This document shows, piece by piece, positions 18,568 through 27,243 of a DNA stretch of 64,000 nt. Each line of letters begins with the position of its first letter. Within the stretch, counting starts at the first letter, position 1. The translations under genes and the position numbers were made by a program. The stretch is from an uncultured Actinomycetes bacterium (GTDB lineage Bacteria > Actinomycetota > JAICYB01), in assembly GCA_963766295.1 (NCBI GenBank), contig CAVXYW010000002.1, positions 204,297 through 268,296 on the forward strand, read 5' to 3'. The notes beneath the pieces are model-generated. The model did not search any database. It was not told the DNA's origin and saw nothing but the letters and a program-made list of their open reading frames with translations.

Positions 18568-19957
18568 CGAACGCTTCGGCTCCCTGGATCGCGAAGGCCA
18601 AGACGAACGAAGCGATCGACGCGCTGAGCCACGGCACTGATGTTGTTGCCGGGAAGGGTGCGCCGAGCATCGTGTCGAACAGCCATTTCATCCCCGACAC
18701 CCACCAGCCAACCGTTCCCGGGTTGAGCCAGTTGTAGACGAGGAATCCGGCAACCCAGGCGACGCATCCCCACATGCGAACGGAACGTTGTGTGCCGTAG
18801 ATCTCGTCTGTCGTGTAGCCGCGTCTCACAACGAAGTAATGAGCGGCCAGCACGCCGAAGAGCGGAACGAACACCGCTCCGATCAGTAGCAGGAAGTTCT
18901 CGTATTGCACGAGTGGCACGAAGACCGCAAGCAGCGTGCACACCGCTCCGATCGCGATGGACAAGGTGCGCTGGCCGACCTTCGGGAAAGCGTTCTGGAT
19001 CGAAACCGAGGCCGAGTAGATGTTCGCGAACGCCTCGTCGGATTCATCTACGGCCAGGATCGCAAGCGCTAGCCCTCCGAGCGGAATTGCGAGCATCGCG
19101 TCGACGACGAAGCCTGTTGGATCCAACGGATCGGTGGCAGTGTTCGAGAGCACGAGGATGAGCCCGAGGAAGTAGAACCACGCGTGAGCGATGCCGTAGC
19201 CAATCGCAGTGCCGGCGAATCCAGCGGTCCGCGTGCGGGAGAAGCGCGTGTAGTCCGCAGCCAGAGGGATCCACGAGATCGGCATCGCTATGACGAGGTC
19301 GACGCCCTGCCAGAACGGAAGACTGCCCTTTCCCTTCGCCGATGTGAACGTCGAGAGGGGCACGCTCAGCAAGATGTAAAGCGTGAGATAGATCGTCGAA
19401 GCAAGCACGAGCCAGATCGCGTACCGGCCGATCCAGCGGCGAACTATGACCAATGGTCCGCCCACCGCCATAAGCGTGACGATCACGCCGAAGCCGATGG
19501 CCCACGCCGGGCGCGCCGAGACACCGAAGGCACGTTCGGTGATGGCCGCAGCCGCCGTCGAGATGATGATCAGCTCGAAAGCGCCCCAGCCGACGTTCTG
19601 CAGCACGTTGAGGACCGTCGGTGCGAAGGAACCGCGGCGCCCGAGAGACGGCCGATACAAAACCATTGCCGGTGCTCCGGTCGTCGCGCCGATGCGTCCG
19701 GCGTAGCCGAGCATGAGATTGCCGATGATCACGCCGACCACGATCGCCATGGCCGCACGTGCGAATGACATGCCGGGAACGAGGAACGCTGCGACGATCG
19801 GCAGGAGCAGAGAGATCCCAAGGTTTCCCCACAACGCGCCGTTTGAGAACAGGCCGAGCTGTCGCAAGTGCGGCGGTGTCGGTTCGATTCCCCAGGCCGG
19901 AACTTCCAGGAACTTCGGCTTAGTGGTACCGGTCTTGGCCGGGGCTTCTGATGACAT
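18521..19957 (-). CDS. NCS1-family (purine-cytosine/CytX-like) permease, probably a thiamine-precursor transporter
   Basis: 478 aa with about 12 hydrophobic helices and an NCS1-like appearance. A TPP riboswitch sits immediately upstream. Confidence 0.85.
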   Translation of the reverse strand: MSSEAPAKTGTTKPKFLEVPAWGIEPTPPHLRQLGLFSNGALWGNLGISLLLPIVAAFLVPGMSFARAAMAIVVGVIIGNLMLGYAGRIGATTGAPAMVLYRPSLGRRGSFAPTVLNVLQNVGWGAFELIIISTAAAAITERAFGVSARPAWAIGFGVIVTLMAVGGPLVIVRRWIGRYAIWLVLASTIYLTLYILLSVPLSTFTSAKGKGSLPFWQGVDLVIAMPISWIPLAADYTRFSRTRTAGFAGTAIGYGIAHAWFYFLGLILVLSNTATDPLDPTGFVVDAMLAIPLGGLALAILAVDESDEAFANIYSASVSIQNAFPKVGQRTLSIAIGAVCTLLAVFVPLVQYENFLLLIGAVFVPLFGVLAAHYFVVRRGYTTDEIYGTQRSVRMWGCVAWVAGFLVYNWLNPGTVGWWVSGMKWLFDTMLGAPFPATTSVPWLSASIASFVLAFAIQGAEAFVSSRSARSTSRASAP

Positions 19958-19959
19958 GA

Positions 19960-20056
19960 TGGCAAGCTCCCTTCGCCGGTGTTAACCGGATCAGGTTCAA
20001 GGGGTCGGCGGCCCCAGCCGCCCTCTCAGCCCGGTTGTGCCCGAGCTCCCCCGCCA
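19960..20056 (-). promoter_or_regulatory. TPP (THI-box) riboswitch
   Basis: Minus-strand RNA is UGGCGGGGGAGCUCGGGCACAACCGGGCUGAGAGGGCGGCUGGGGCCGCCGACCCUUGAACCUGAUCCGGUUAACACCGGCGAAGGGAGCUUGCCA. It carries the hallmark CUGAGA and ACCCUUGAACCUGAUCCGG-UUAAC-ACCGGCGAAGGGA blocks. It ends 2 nt before the permease ATG, with GGAG (SD) inside its 3' strand. Confidence 0.85.
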
Positions 20057-20102
20057 AACTTCTCTTTCGAATCCTAACTACCGCGAACCGAAGCGCGCGG
20101 CA

Positions 20103-20130
20103 GAAACGCCGCTTTAGCGGAGGACGTTTC
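20103..20130 (-). terminator. hairpin abutting the VanW-gene stop codon (possible terminator/insulator)
   Basis: GAAACG(20103-20108)...CGTTTC(20125-20130) encloses CCGC-TTTA-GCGG. No U-tract follows on either strand, so the function is uncertain. Confidence 0.3.
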
Positions 20131-21956
20131 TATTGTCCCGGACCCGGCGGTGTAGGGATCGGTGTCGGCGAAGCTGCCGGCGGCCCCGGCGACGCCGAAG
20201 GGGTCGGGGAGGCGCTGCCACCCGGGCCGTACTCGATGATCCGCGGCTGCGGCTTGTACCGCGTGAAGAACCGGCGGCGAGTTTCCTTGCCGTTCTGATT
20301 GATGATCCGAAAGACGGTGATGTCGAACCCATCCCCGCCGCCTTGGGCCACGCGTTCCCGACCGGGCGGGAGGTCGGGGTTGTACTTCCGTTGCTCGCTG
20401 AACCCTTTGGGGTTAGTACGGGGTCCGGCCTCGGCTGTGACGACCTTTCCTTCCTTGTCACCGTAGAAGCTCACCGTGACCGACGTGTTGGAGTAAGCCG
20501 TCTTGATCAAGATCCCGGACTTGGAATTGTTCGTGAAGGCCAGGTCGGGATGCGGATAGGAGACGGTAGCCTCGCGGCCGGCCGGATAGCGCGAGATGTA
20601 ATAGGAATGCGCTTTATAGGTGCCTAACTCATAGCCACCGAAAAAGATCGCGTTGAACATGGTGGTCGCGAACTGCGACACCCCTCCGCCTACGTCGTCG
20701 CGGAACTCTCCGTCGAAGATCATCGGCGCGAGAACGTAGCCCTTGGACTCGGTCCTCTCGCCTACGTGATTGTTCAATGAGAAACGCGTTCCGGGACGGA
20801 TGATCGCGCCGTCAACGCGGTCGGCGATCTTGTGGATGTTGGTCACACGCGGTGCGCAGCACGGGTGGTTCGTCGTGAAGGTCGAAACGAGCTCGTGGAT
20901 GTTGAGATCGCGCGCCTCATCGGTCGTGATGTCTGGTTCGACTTCCTTGAAGACCGCGTTCGCGACTCGGTTCTCCGACTTCTTGGCAGCCTCGGCGAGC
21001 GCGCTCGCGGTCTTTGTACTGTCGAATCGGCGTCCCTTCTGACCCGCCACAACGCTGGCGGACCGGCCACTAACGGCGAAGCTTGCGCTTCGCGCCTCTT
21101 CCTGGAACCGAGCCATCTCGGGTCCGATCGAGCCGGCGACGATCTCAGGTGAGAATCGAACCTCGAGCTTCCAGTCCAACCCACTGCGACGCGGAACGGC
21201 TTCGAGCATCCCTGCCACACGGTCGCGCGCCAGGAACAGGCGTGAGCCGTCCGGACCGGTCAGATTGATCCCCGCCTTTGCCCATTCGTTTGCGGTCTCA
21301 GCCGCTTCCCGTGCGTCGTCGATGTCCGTACGTCGGTTCTTCACCGATATCGGCAGCTCCATCGATCGACGCGGCCACGTCTCGAGACCTTCGACGATCT
21401 GTCTCATCGATCCGTCGTGGTCCAGCCGGCGTCCGGGAACCGCGCCCACCGGGACAAGCGTCGCGCCACGCGCCTCGATACCGGCTTCGTGTCCTTCGGT
21501 CTCAACTTCAGAAGCGAAGTCACTGACCAACTGCTTCGCCGCTTCCTCGTCGAACTTGCTCTCCCAGCCGACGTCCGTCGACGCGAAGAGAGCCCGTACG
21601 CGATGCCACAAACGAACGAAGAAGTTGCCGCGGCGTCCGACGCCGGCGGCATCCTCCAGCGTCGGCTCGACGCTGGGTTGGAAGCCGATCTCCGCCGGCG
21701 CGACGGCGAGCCGGTTGGTGTCGGCGAAGGCCTCGACGGGCTGAGAGACGAGCAGCTGGGCGCGCTCGGTCAGCGCAGCGCGAGCCTGATCCTGCGTCGT
21801 ACCGCCCAGCTCCAGCGACCCGGCCTGGACGCCCGATCGAACGCGGTTGATCGCCGCGACGCTGTCGGCGGTGTACGAGGACAAGGCCAACGCACACAGA
21901 GCGAGGACCGTCCAGCCTCGCCTGCTCGGACGAAATCTAAGGTTGCCGATCTTCAT
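20130..21956 (-). CDS. VanW-domain protein with G5-like C-terminal region and Pro-rich tail
   Basis: 608 aa with an N-terminal anchor (WTVLALCALALSS). VanW-like block is 'YVLAPMIFDGEFRDDVGGGVSQFATTMFNAIFFGGYE...YPAGREATVSYP..DLAFTNNS'. The C-terminus is '...GRERVAQGGGDGFDITVFRIINQNGKE...' followed by PTPSASPGPPAASPTPIPTPPGPG. Confidence 0.85.
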   Translation of the reverse strand: MKIGNLRFRPSRRGWTVLALCALALSSYTADSVAAINRVRSGVQAGSLELGGTTQDQARAALTERAQLLVSQPVEAFADTNRLAVAPAEIGFQPSVEPTLEDAAGVGRRGNFFVRLWHRVRALFASTDVGWESKFDEEAAKQLVSDFASEVETEGHEAGIEARGATLVPVGAVPGRRLDHDGSMRQIVEGLETWPRRSMELPISVKNRRTDIDDAREAAETANEWAKAGINLTGPDGSRLFLARDRVAGMLEAVPRRSGLDWKLEVRFSPEIVAGSIGPEMARFQEEARSASFAVSGRSASVVAGQKGRRFDSTKTASALAEAAKKSENRVANAVFKEVEPDITTDEARDLNIHELVSTFTTNHPCCAPRVTNIHKIADRVDGAIIRPGTRFSLNNHVGERTESKGYVLAPMIFDGEFRDDVGGGVSQFATTMFNAIFFGGYELGTYKAHSYYISRYPAGREATVSYPHPDLAFTNNSKSGILIKTAYSNTSVTVSFYGDKEGKVVTAEAGPRTNPKGFSEQRKYNPDLPPGRERVAQGGGDGFDITVFRIINQNGKETRRRFFTRYKPQPRIIEYGPGGSASPTPSASPGPPAASPTPIPTPPGPGQ

Positions 21957-21958
21957 TT

Positions 21959-21970
21959 GCGTATATACGC
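21959..21970. promoter_or_regulatory. perfect 12-bp palindrome GCGTATATACGC followed by a (GC)n run, immediately upstream of the VanW-gene ATG
   Basis: Read directly. On the minus strand it gives GCGCGCGCGTATATACGCAA-ATG, so a TATATA -10-like box lies 5 nt from the start codon. Confidence 0.4.
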
Positions 21971-22088
21971 GCGCGCCTCGAGGATTCCTCGCCCACTCGA
22001 AGCCGAAAGGCTAACACCGACCAACGTCGTTCATGGGGCTCTCTTACCGCTACTGCCTGCGGTTTGGCGAACGGTCTCGTTCGAATCC

Positions 22089-23072
22089 TTACTCCGAGAG
22101 CAGGGATTCGGGTCCGACATCGGTCGCGTAGCCGATGGTCCGCTTGATGATCGAAGACAGGTCGTGTTGTGGCGTCCAACCCAGCAGCTCTCGGATCTTC
22201 CGCGTGTTCGGAACGCGGCGCGGTATGTCCTCGAACGTGCTGCCGTAGACCTCGTTGAAGTCGATGAGCCGGACCTGCGACGGTGAACCAGTCGCTTCGA
22301 TGATGCGATCTGCGAGATCGCGCACCGAGGTCTCCTCTTCAGAGCCGACGTTAAACGCGTCACCGACGGCGCGATCTTCGTCCAGCAAACCGATCACAGC
22401 ACGCACGACGTCTTCGACATCACAGAAGCACCGCGTCTGCGAACCGTCGCCGTAGATGGTGAGCTGCTGACCGAGGAGAGCCTGCGCGACGAAACGTGGG
22501 AGCACCCCTCCGTAGGCGCCGGTCTGCCTTGGACCGACGGTATTGAAGAACCGCGCGATTACCGTGGGGAGCTTGTGTTCGCGCCAGTAGCCAAGTGCCA
22601 AATGTTCATCGATCGCTTTGCCGGCGGCATACGACCACCGCTCGACAGTCGTCGGTCCAAGGATACGGTCGGAGGTTTCGTCCATCGTTTCAGTCGTGCG
22701 TCCGTAGATCTCGGACGTTGATGCAACGAAGACCTTCTTACCGTGGCGGTGCGCCGCCTCGAAGACGATCTCCGTGCCCCTGACGTTCGTGCGCATCGAA
22801 TGCAAGGGCTGGTCGACGATGAGCTTTACGCCGACCGCTGCCGCCAAGTGGACGACCACGTCGCAACTCTCGGTGAGCTCGTCGACCAGTTGATCGTCGA
22901 GGATGCTGCCGAGAACAAACTTGAAGTCTGTCTCCCTTTTCACCGCGTCGACGTTGTGGACGTTGCCGGTGGCCAGATTGTCGAGAGCGATAACGCCGTC
23001 GCCTCGCTGTAGCAACGCTTCGCTCACATAGCTGCCAACGAAGCCCGCACCGCCGGTCACCAGATAACGCAT
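22089..23072 (-). CDS. NAD-dependent epimerase/dehydratase (extended SDR; UDP-sugar epimerase/decarboxylase-like)
   Basis: 'MRYLVTGGAGFVGSYV', catalytic 'WSYAAGKAIDE' (YxxxK), and 'FFNTVGPRQ'. Start chosen at ATG 23072. A GTG at 23111 would add 13 aa. Confidence 0.85.
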   Translation of the reverse strand: MRYLVTGGAGFVGSYVSEALLQRGDGVIALDNLATGNVHNVDAVKRETDFKFVLGSILDDQLVDELTESCDVVVHLAAAVGVKLIVDQPLHSMRTNVRGTEIVFEAAHRHGKKVFVASTSEIYGRTTETMDETSDRILGPTTVERWSYAAGKAIDEHLALGYWREHKLPTVIARFFNTVGPRQTGAYGGVLPRFVAQALLGQQLTIYGDGSQTRCFCDVEDVVRAVIGLLDEDRAVGDAFNVGSEEETSVRDLADRIIEATGSPSQVRLIDFNEVYGSTFEDIPRRVPNTRKIRELLGWTPQHDLSSIIKRTIGYATDVGPESLLSE

Positions 23073-23209
23073 CGCTTGCCAAGGATACGGATGGGTCCAG
23101 GAGTAGTTCACTCGGCGTCGGCTGCGCCGACCCGAGTGGTACTGCCGGATCGCTTTCGCTCCCCGGTACGATTGGCCGAGCCGATGGTCCGGTCGCTTTT
23201 AAGAAATCG

Positions 23210-23863
23210 ATGACTCCCACCTGGGGAACCGCCGGTTGGCGGGCGTCGTTTCCGTTTAGAGGCATGACTGGACAAGTTCTCGCCGTCCTCGACGACGGAA
23301 TCGGCAGCGCCGCAGACGATCCGGGAAGCACGCCGGATTGGGCTGACGTCGTTGCCAAATACGCAGACGTCGTCTACACGATGGCTTATCGCCTGACCGG
23401 CGACGACGAGGACGCGCGCGACCTGGCGCAGGACGTGTTGATCAGGCTCCACCGAGGCCTTGCCCGCTACCGCGAAGGCAACTTCGAGGGGTGGCTCTAC
23501 CGGACGACGGTCAACGCATTCCGTGACCGGCTCCGCAAGCGCAAGCGCCTTCGCGAGGACGAACTCCCGGACGAACCACCCGGCATGACAACTTCAGGGG
23601 TCGTCGAGGAAGCGGTGGCGAAGCAGGAGCTCCACGACATCGTCCAGCGAGCACTCGTCAGACTGCCTCCCGAGTATCGAGAAGCTGTCGTGCTTCGCGA
23701 TCTTGAGGGCCGCTCGTACGAGGAGATCGCAGAGATCCTTCAGGTTCCTTCCGGGACGGTGAGGTCGCGCATCCACCGAGGACGAGAGGCTCTGCGTCAA
23801 TTGCTGGAGCACTACGTCGAAGAATCCGACGAGACTCAGAAACCTCCGGAGACCGGACAGTGA
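23210..23863 (+). CDS. ECF-type sigma-70 family factor (SigE-like)
   Basis: Region 2 is 'DLAQDVLIRLHRGLARYREGNFEGWLYRTTVNAFRDRLRK'. Region 4 is 'LPPEYREAVVLRDLEGRSYEEIAEILQVPSGTVRSRIHRGREAL'. ATG 23264 is an alternative start. Confidence 0.9.
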   Translation: MTPTWGTAGWRASFPFRGMTGQVLAVLDDGIGSAADDPGSTPDWADVVAKYADVVYTMAYRLTGDDEDARDLAQDVLIRLHRGLARYREGNFEGWLYRTTVNAFRDRLRKRKRLREDELPDEPPGMTTSGVVEEAVAKQELHDIVQRALVRLPPEYREAVVLRDLEGRSYEEIAEILQVPSGTVRSRIHRGREALRQLLEHYVEESDETQKPPETGQ

Positions 23864-24303
23864 GCTTTTATCCGCGCCATGTCGAGCGGGAGATCCTGTC
23901 TGCGCTGATCGACGGTGAGCTCGACGCAGCGCAACGGCGGGAAGTTCACGACCACCTTCAAGAATGCGCTCCGTGCCGCGAGGCTATGGATGAGTTCTCC
24001 CACATCCACGGTCTGGTCGGTGAGCTTCCGCGCCTGATCGCTCCGGAGTCGTTCGTTTCTGTCGCCCTTCGTCCGCGAGAGTCACGGGGTTTGCGCACCG
24101 CCACCACGGCTCTTCTTGCCGGCCGGCGTAAGTGGGTGGCGGCGAGCATCGCTGTAGCAGCGCTGGGCATAACCTTCGGTGGCCTAGCGACTCCAGCACC
24201 GGCTGCCCAGGCACCGGTCGGCGCCTTCATCGACAGACATGTGAGCGTTCACTCCGGTGTGGAAACGGCCGGACACGTTCTATTCGCAGTCAACGGGCCG
24301 TAA
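23860..24303 (+). CDS. zinc-binding anti-sigma factor (zf-HC2 / ZAS type), single TM
   Basis: The GTG start overlaps the sigma stop. 'HDHLQECAPCREAM' is an HxxxCxxC motif, and there is a TM 'WVAASIAVAALGITFGGLA'. Confidence 0.8.
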   Translation: MSFYPRHVEREILSALIDGELDAAQRREVHDHLQECAPCREAMDEFSHIHGLVGELPRLIAPESFVSVALRPRESRGLRTATTALLAGRRKWVAASIAVAALGITFGGLATPAPAAQAPVGAFIDRHVSVHSGVETAGHVLFAVNGP

Positions 24304-24340
24304 CGTGCCGGACCGGGCGACGTCCCGAAGGCAAGCGCCG

Positions 24341-25357
24341 ATGATGGCCGGCGCGCTCGCATTGCTGGGCATGGCGATCGTGGCGCTCGCGCCGGCACCG
24401 ACAGCGGCTCAGGAAAGCGAGCGCACAGAAGCGATCACTTACTTGGAGCGCGTCGCCAAGGCTCATGGTTCGACCTACAGTTGCCGTCAGCTCGTTGCCT
24501 ATTTCGGCAAGGCGTCCTCGGCGGCCGCCGTTCTCGATATCCGCTCTTCGGGCAGCGGGCAATACGTGCGCGCCGAGTCGGGCTCCGGTGTGACGAGGTT
24601 GTGGCACGGACGCGAGAGCAGCGTGATGTCGGCGAGCGCCACCGACATTCACGAGTTCGGGACGTCGACGGTGGAGCTGAAGCCCGACCAGGTGATCGAG
24701 AAGTATGAAGTCGAGGTAGGGGAGTCTTCGCAGATGTTCGGCGTGGAGGTCGTTCCGCTGACCCTAACGCGACGGCGAGACCGAACGACGGTAGAGAAAT
24801 GGCTGGTGCACGCCGAGTCGGGGATCGTCTACCGGCGGGAGCTTTTCGACGCACAGAACAGGCTCGTCGGCATGACAACGATCACCGATATGAAATGGGG
24901 TTCCTCCGCCGCTGATTCGCCGGAGCCACGCGAGCCCGAGACTGAGCCGCCACATGAAGCTAAGGCGGCATCGATGAAGGGCGCGCCGAGGATGCTCCCG
25001 TCCGGCTACAGATTGCTGCGTGCGTACTCACTCGAGGCCGGTGGATTGCCCGCACAGCAGTTGGTTTATTCCGACGGACTGCACGCGCTCTCCGTTTTCG
25101 CGACGAAGGGTTCGCTGAGTACGCCGGACGGCTTCGATCGCGCGGATATCGGCCATGCCGAAGGCTGGGTCGGGCCGGGACCGGGGACCTGGGCCTGGGA
25201 GGGTGACGGCCGGAGCTGGCTGATCGTCGCCGAAGAACCGGCGCTTGACCCCGTCGAGCTCACGAAGGCCTTCCCCAAAGGCGGACGTTCCTTTTGGGCC
25301 GGGTTGGGGGCCCTTTGGACTCGACTCTTCGACGCCATAGGGAGTCTGTTCGGCTAG
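24341..25357 (+). CDS. MucB/RseB-like exported protein
   Basis: Signal peptide MMAGALALLGMAIVALAPAPTAAQE. The C-terminal block 'GYRLLRAYSLEAGGLPAQQLVYSDGLHALSVFATKG' resembles the RseB C-domain ('..LSDGLFSFSVNVN..' in E. coli RseB). It lies directly downstream of the sigma/anti-sigma pair. Confidence 0.65.
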   Translation: MMAGALALLGMAIVALAPAPTAAQESERTEAITYLERVAKAHGSTYSCRQLVAYFGKASSAAAVLDIRSSGSGQYVRAESGSGVTRLWHGRESSVMSASATDIHEFGTSTVELKPDQVIEKYEVEVGESSQMFGVEVVPLTLTRRRDRTTVEKWLVHAESGIVYRRELFDAQNRLVGMTTITDMKWGSSAADSPEPREPETEPPHEAKAASMKGAPRMLPSGYRLLRAYSLEAGGLPAQQLVYSDGLHALSVFATKGSLSTPDGFDRADIGHAEGWVGPGPGTWAWEGDGRSWLIVAEEPALDPVELTKAFPKGGRSFWAGLGALWTRLFDAIGSLFG

Positions 25358-25458
25358 GCGAGGAGTTGGGGCGTCCTTCTCATATTTCTGGGGCTTTTTC
25401 TTATGTTCGCAATGCCAGGAGCCGGAACCTTACGGGTCGCTGCGACGTTTACTCACTG

Positions 25459-25830
25459 ATGTCACAACTCCTATCGCTTCTCGCCTTGGACCCCGATGCC
25501 TGGCTTCTGGAGTCCAATTGCCGCGGGCGTACCGACCTGTTCTTCGCTCCGGACGAATCGGAGTCACGTCGCGAGCGCCGGCGGCGGGAAGCTCAGGCAA
25601 AAGCGGTGTGCGAGGAATGCATCGTTCGCGAGCAGTGTTTAACGGAAGCGTTGCAGGCCGATGAAAGATTTGGGATCTGGGGCGGTCTCACCGAGCGAGA
25701 GCGTCGTGCGGCGAAACGCTCCGGAACGGTTCCAAGTTCTAATGACATCGCCGGCCCTGGGCGACTCGCACGCCTGCCCGCCGTCGTTGTTCAGGGCGCG
25801 GCGATGTCTTCTTCTTCGCGAAGCGAGTAG
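25459..25830 (+). CDS. WhiB-like Fe-S transcriptional regulator
   Basis: 'ESNCRG...AVCEECIVREQCLTEA...FGIWGGL'. Start taken at ATG 25459 (MSQLLSLL). Confidence 0.8.
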   Translation: MSQLLSLLALDPDAWLLESNCRGRTDLFFAPDESESRRERRRREAQAKAVCEECIVREQCLTEALQADERFGIWGGLTERERRAAKRSGTVPSSNDIAGPGRLARLPAVVVQGAAMSSSSRSE

Positions 25831-25852
25831 ACGACAGCGAACCGGTGCGCCG

Positions 25853-27151
25853 TCAGCGGCGCACTATCTGCTGCACGGCCCTGTGAGCGAGGTTCATGCC
25901 TTCGTTCATGCCGCGGTCTTCCGGGTAGATCTGACCCGTCGTTGCGACGTACAAGCCCTTTATGTGGCTCACGACACCGGGTATCCCCGAGCTGTAGCCG
26001 ATCGTCACCAGTGGTGCTGCGTACGGAGTGCGGAAAGGGTTTACACCGAGCACCTGATCGGTTGAGAAACCCGGGAGCCAATCCGCCAGCGCATTGACCC
26101 ACTGGTCGGCCAGTTCGTTCACGTCCGCGGTGGCGACCGGATCGTCGGCCGTGAAATAGCGCCCGAGATAGGAAACGTGCCGCCCGTCGTAGTGGGACGC
26201 GGGGACGAGATTGGTCTGCTCGATCAACGCTCCGAAAGGGACTTCGTCGTCGCAGCAATTGGTCCAGTAGTAGCGACTTATCGGTTTGGTCGTCTCGACG
26301 ATCACGCAGATGGCTCCGAGCCGGCCGATCTCCGACCATCGGTAGTCACGCCGGTCCTCGGGGATCAGCGATGAGACTCCCGGCAGCTGTCCTGCGTACA
26401 ACACGGCGTCGGCCTCGATGGACTCAGCACCAACCTCGACGCCGATTACGCGATCTCCATCGAGGGCGATGCTGTCGACGGCCGCTTGCGTGCGAACCTT
26501 GGCTCCCAATCGCGCGAGCTCTGACGCGACGCCGTCGAACAGTTGCCGGAAGCCACCGCGGAGATACCCCAAGCGTTCGCCCCGCCAGGTTCGCGCTGCT
26601 GCACGCTGCCGGAAACGAGCCCACATCCACGAAGCCGGAACACGTTCCGACGCCATCCCGAACTTGAAGCGAAGCATCGGGTCCCAAATGGCTTCCATAG
26701 CGCGCTCGCCCGCGTTCGCAGTCAGCCAATCTCGCGCCGGCGTTTCGTCCAGCGATCGGTAGTCACGCGTCGCCGTGAGGCGAACGGTGCTGATACCGAG
26801 ACGTATCCGGTCCCTCAAGGGGAGCGGCCGGAACCGGAGAAGATCGATCGGAGAGGTGAAGGGCCAGAACTTCGCGCCCGTGAGGACACTGACGCTTGAG
26901 GGGTACCACTCGAGCCGGTCGGACAGTCCGAGCTCATCGATGAGGCGGATGATGCGCTCTTCGTTCGGGAAGATGTGGTGGTAGAAGCATTCGAGCGGGG
27001 TTCCGGCGACGGAGAAGCTGACGACAAGGCCGCCCAAGTTCTCGCTGCGCTCGAGCACGATCACCTCGTGCCCGGCTCTAGCCAGTTCGAGCGCAGCGGC
27101 GCATCCGCAGATCCCACCACCGATCACGACTACTTTCTTTTTCACCATCAC
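25853..27151 (-). CDS. NAD(P)/FAD-dependent oxidoreductase (amine-oxidase / phytoene-desaturase-like fold)
   Basis: 432 aa. The N-terminus 'KKVVVIGGGICGCAAALELARAGHEVIVLERSENLGG' is a classic dinucleotide-binding motif. Confidence 0.8.
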   Translation of the reverse strand: MMVKKKVVVIGGGICGCAAALELARAGHEVIVLERSENLGGLVVSFSVAGTPLECFYHHIFPNEERIIRLIDELGLSDRLEWYPSSVSVLTGAKFWPFTSPIDLLRFRPLPLRDRIRLGISTVRLTATRDYRSLDETPARDWLTANAGERAMEAIWDPMLRFKFGMASERVPASWMWARFRQRAAARTWRGERLGYLRGGFRQLFDGVASELARLGAKVRTQAAVDSIALDGDRVIGVEVGAESIEADAVLYAGQLPGVSSLIPEDRRDYRWSEIGRLGAICVIVETTKPISRYYWTNCCDDEVPFGALIEQTNLVPASHYDGRHVSYLGRYFTADDPVATADVNELADQWVNALADWLPGFSTDQVLGVNPFRTPYAAPLVTIGYSSGIPGVVSHIKGLYVATTGQIYPEDRGMNEGMNLAHRAVQQIVRR

Positions 27152-27243
27152 CCCGGAATTCAGTCGCGAGCGCTAGAAAGTATCCTCTCGCATCGAGGAA
27201 GCAGGCTGCGCCCGACCCTCGGCGAATATAGTGGCCACGAAAA

